This document shows, one piece after another, positions 62,525 to 64,000 of a stretch of 64,000 bases of DNA. The translations under genes and the position numbers were made by a program. The notes beneath the pieces are model-generated. The model searched no databases. It worked only from the letters and a program-made list of their open reading frames with translations, and was not told where the DNA came from. Within the stretch, counting starts at the first letter, position 1; every line of letters starts with the position of its first letter. The DNA comes from Octopus sinensis. Its lineage: Eukaryota. Location: NCBI RefSeq assembly GCF_006345805.1, contig NC_043008.1, positions 19,158,001 to 19,222,000 on the forward strand, written 5' to 3'.

Positions 62525-62710
62525 ATATATATATAGGGAGAGTTTACGAAAAAAACAAAAGACAAAGACAGGTGGTGTACAAAACAAACAGATGTATTAG
62601 TATAACGTTCAGGAATAGAAAAAGTCTTTTACGTTTCGAGCCTACGCTCTTCTACAGAAAGGGACACAGAAAAAGCAAGGAGAGAAACAAGGAGAAAAAA
62701 AATGTGTGTA
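62525..62710 (-). mobile_element. Family E element with the best-preserved hammerhead-like motif (62626-62661)
   Basis: Minus: CTTT CTGTAGA A GAGC GTAG GCTC GAAA CG TA AAAG. Confidence 0.75.
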
Positions 62711-63019
62711 GTGGCTAGAATATTACAAAATTTACTGGAGAAGTAAAGCTTTCAGACACAGCACTTATCAATCTACACGCGTACACACACACACGCACCG
62801 GAAACAGCATTACTGACAGAAACACTTCAAGTGGATCATGATGGCCAGATTGCCTTAAGGTTGACAGATTAGGTGACTTGACAAACACATCGTTGAATGA
62901 GGGCTTGTTATGATGATTATGAAGAGAGAAACTATAGGAGTGAAGATAACCGAGTATATACATTATCTTCAACGGTAAATTAATGTTTCTTAAATGCTTT
63001 TTTTTTTGTATTTCTCCCT

Positions 63020-63440
63020 CTTTTACTCTTTTACTCTTTTATTTGTTTCAGTCATGTGACTGTGGCCATGCTGAAGCACCGCCTTTAGTCGAGCACATCG
63101 ACCCCAGGACTTATTTTTGGAAGCCTAGTACTTATTCTATCAGTCTCTTTTGCCGAACTGCTAAGTAACGTGGACGTAAACACACCAGCATCGGTTGTCA
63201 AGCGATGTTGGGGGGACAAACACAGACACACATAGACACTCACACACACACATATATATATATATACATATATACGAAGGGCTTCTTTTCAGTTTCCGTC
63301 TACCAAATCCACTCACAAGGTGTTGGTCGGCCCGAGGCTATAGTAGAAAACACTTGCCCAAGGTGCCACATAGTGGGACTGAACCCGGAACCATGTGGTT
63401 CGTAAGCAAGCTATTTACCACACAGCCACTCCTACGCCTA
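63020..63440 (-). mobile_element. SINE family A, full length
   Basis: Near-consensus. Confidence 0.9.
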
Positions 63441-64000
63441 TTAATAAATAGTTCACAATCCTGATCCCAGCCAAAGATGTTAAGAAAAAGTTGTCTTGAA
63501 TTCAAAATGATTTATTATGTTAATATAACATATATTAATATTAATATATATATGAATATTAATATTATATTAATATAACATAAATATCATTATATTTATA
63601 TTAACCTAAATATCATTTTGCTTGTTTCGGTCACAGGACTTCGGTCATGATGGAGCAGAGCCTTGTAGTGTTGCTAGTATTTTAAGTTAGCTACTTCTCT
63701 TTTGTTGAGCTGCTGAGTTAGAGGGATATAAACAAAGCAACACCAGCTGTGAAGTGTTGATAGGAGTGACAAACACAAAGATATATATACAGACTTCCAC
63801 ATTGATAGTCTGTGACCACAAAGTAAGAGTTCCACCTGTAAGCTTAGCTCTGATGGCTAAAGCAATCTATGACCACAATGGATTTTTAACAAAGAGGTTT
63901 GTGATACGAATATAAAGGTTCTGAGGTCACCAATGTGACAATTTGTTGATACCACAATGGAAGTTAAATGATGATGATGATGATGATGATGTTGATGATG

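Noticed and set aside
1-64000. Protein-coding genes from the supplied ORF track
   Set aside because: The ORFs are translations of microsatellites ([20 protein letters not shown]) or of SINE/LINE-tail bodies (e.g. [15 protein letters not shown]-type frames in the antisense). None shows a recognisable domain.

Overview
AT-rich eukaryotic (animal) DNA, saturated with microsatellites and short interspersed repeats. It looks intronic or intergenic. From recall of the repeat families it is probably an octopod cephalopod (inference, no search run). No supportable protein-coding gene, rRNA, true tRNA or CRISPR array is present; essentially all listed ORFs are translations of microsatellites or SINEs. 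Repeat families, using my own working labels: A = ~400-bp tRNA-derived SINE with an internal (TA)n/(TG)n tract; B = ~230-bp tRNA-derived SINE, often in TSD-flanked tandem arrays; C/C2 = 5'-truncated RTE-like LINE 3' ends with a (GAT)n tail; D = tRNA-derived SINE with clear A/B boxes. There are also hAT, Tc1/mariner and piggyBac-like MITEs and one non-autonomous Helitron. The most interesting signal is a set of short elements sitting in or beside (TA)n tracts, often as head-to-head fold-backs. At least five distinct families carry minimal type I hammerhead-ribozyme-like motifs of the Penelope-like-element (PLE) type: one extra nucleotide after the core and a palindromic stem III. Their cores differ: canonical C3-G8, U3-A8, G3-C8 and an A6U variant. 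Also notable are SINE-B arrays that share one precise junction at four loci, two perfect fold-back inverted repeats, and a transposon-end-bounded tandem triplication.
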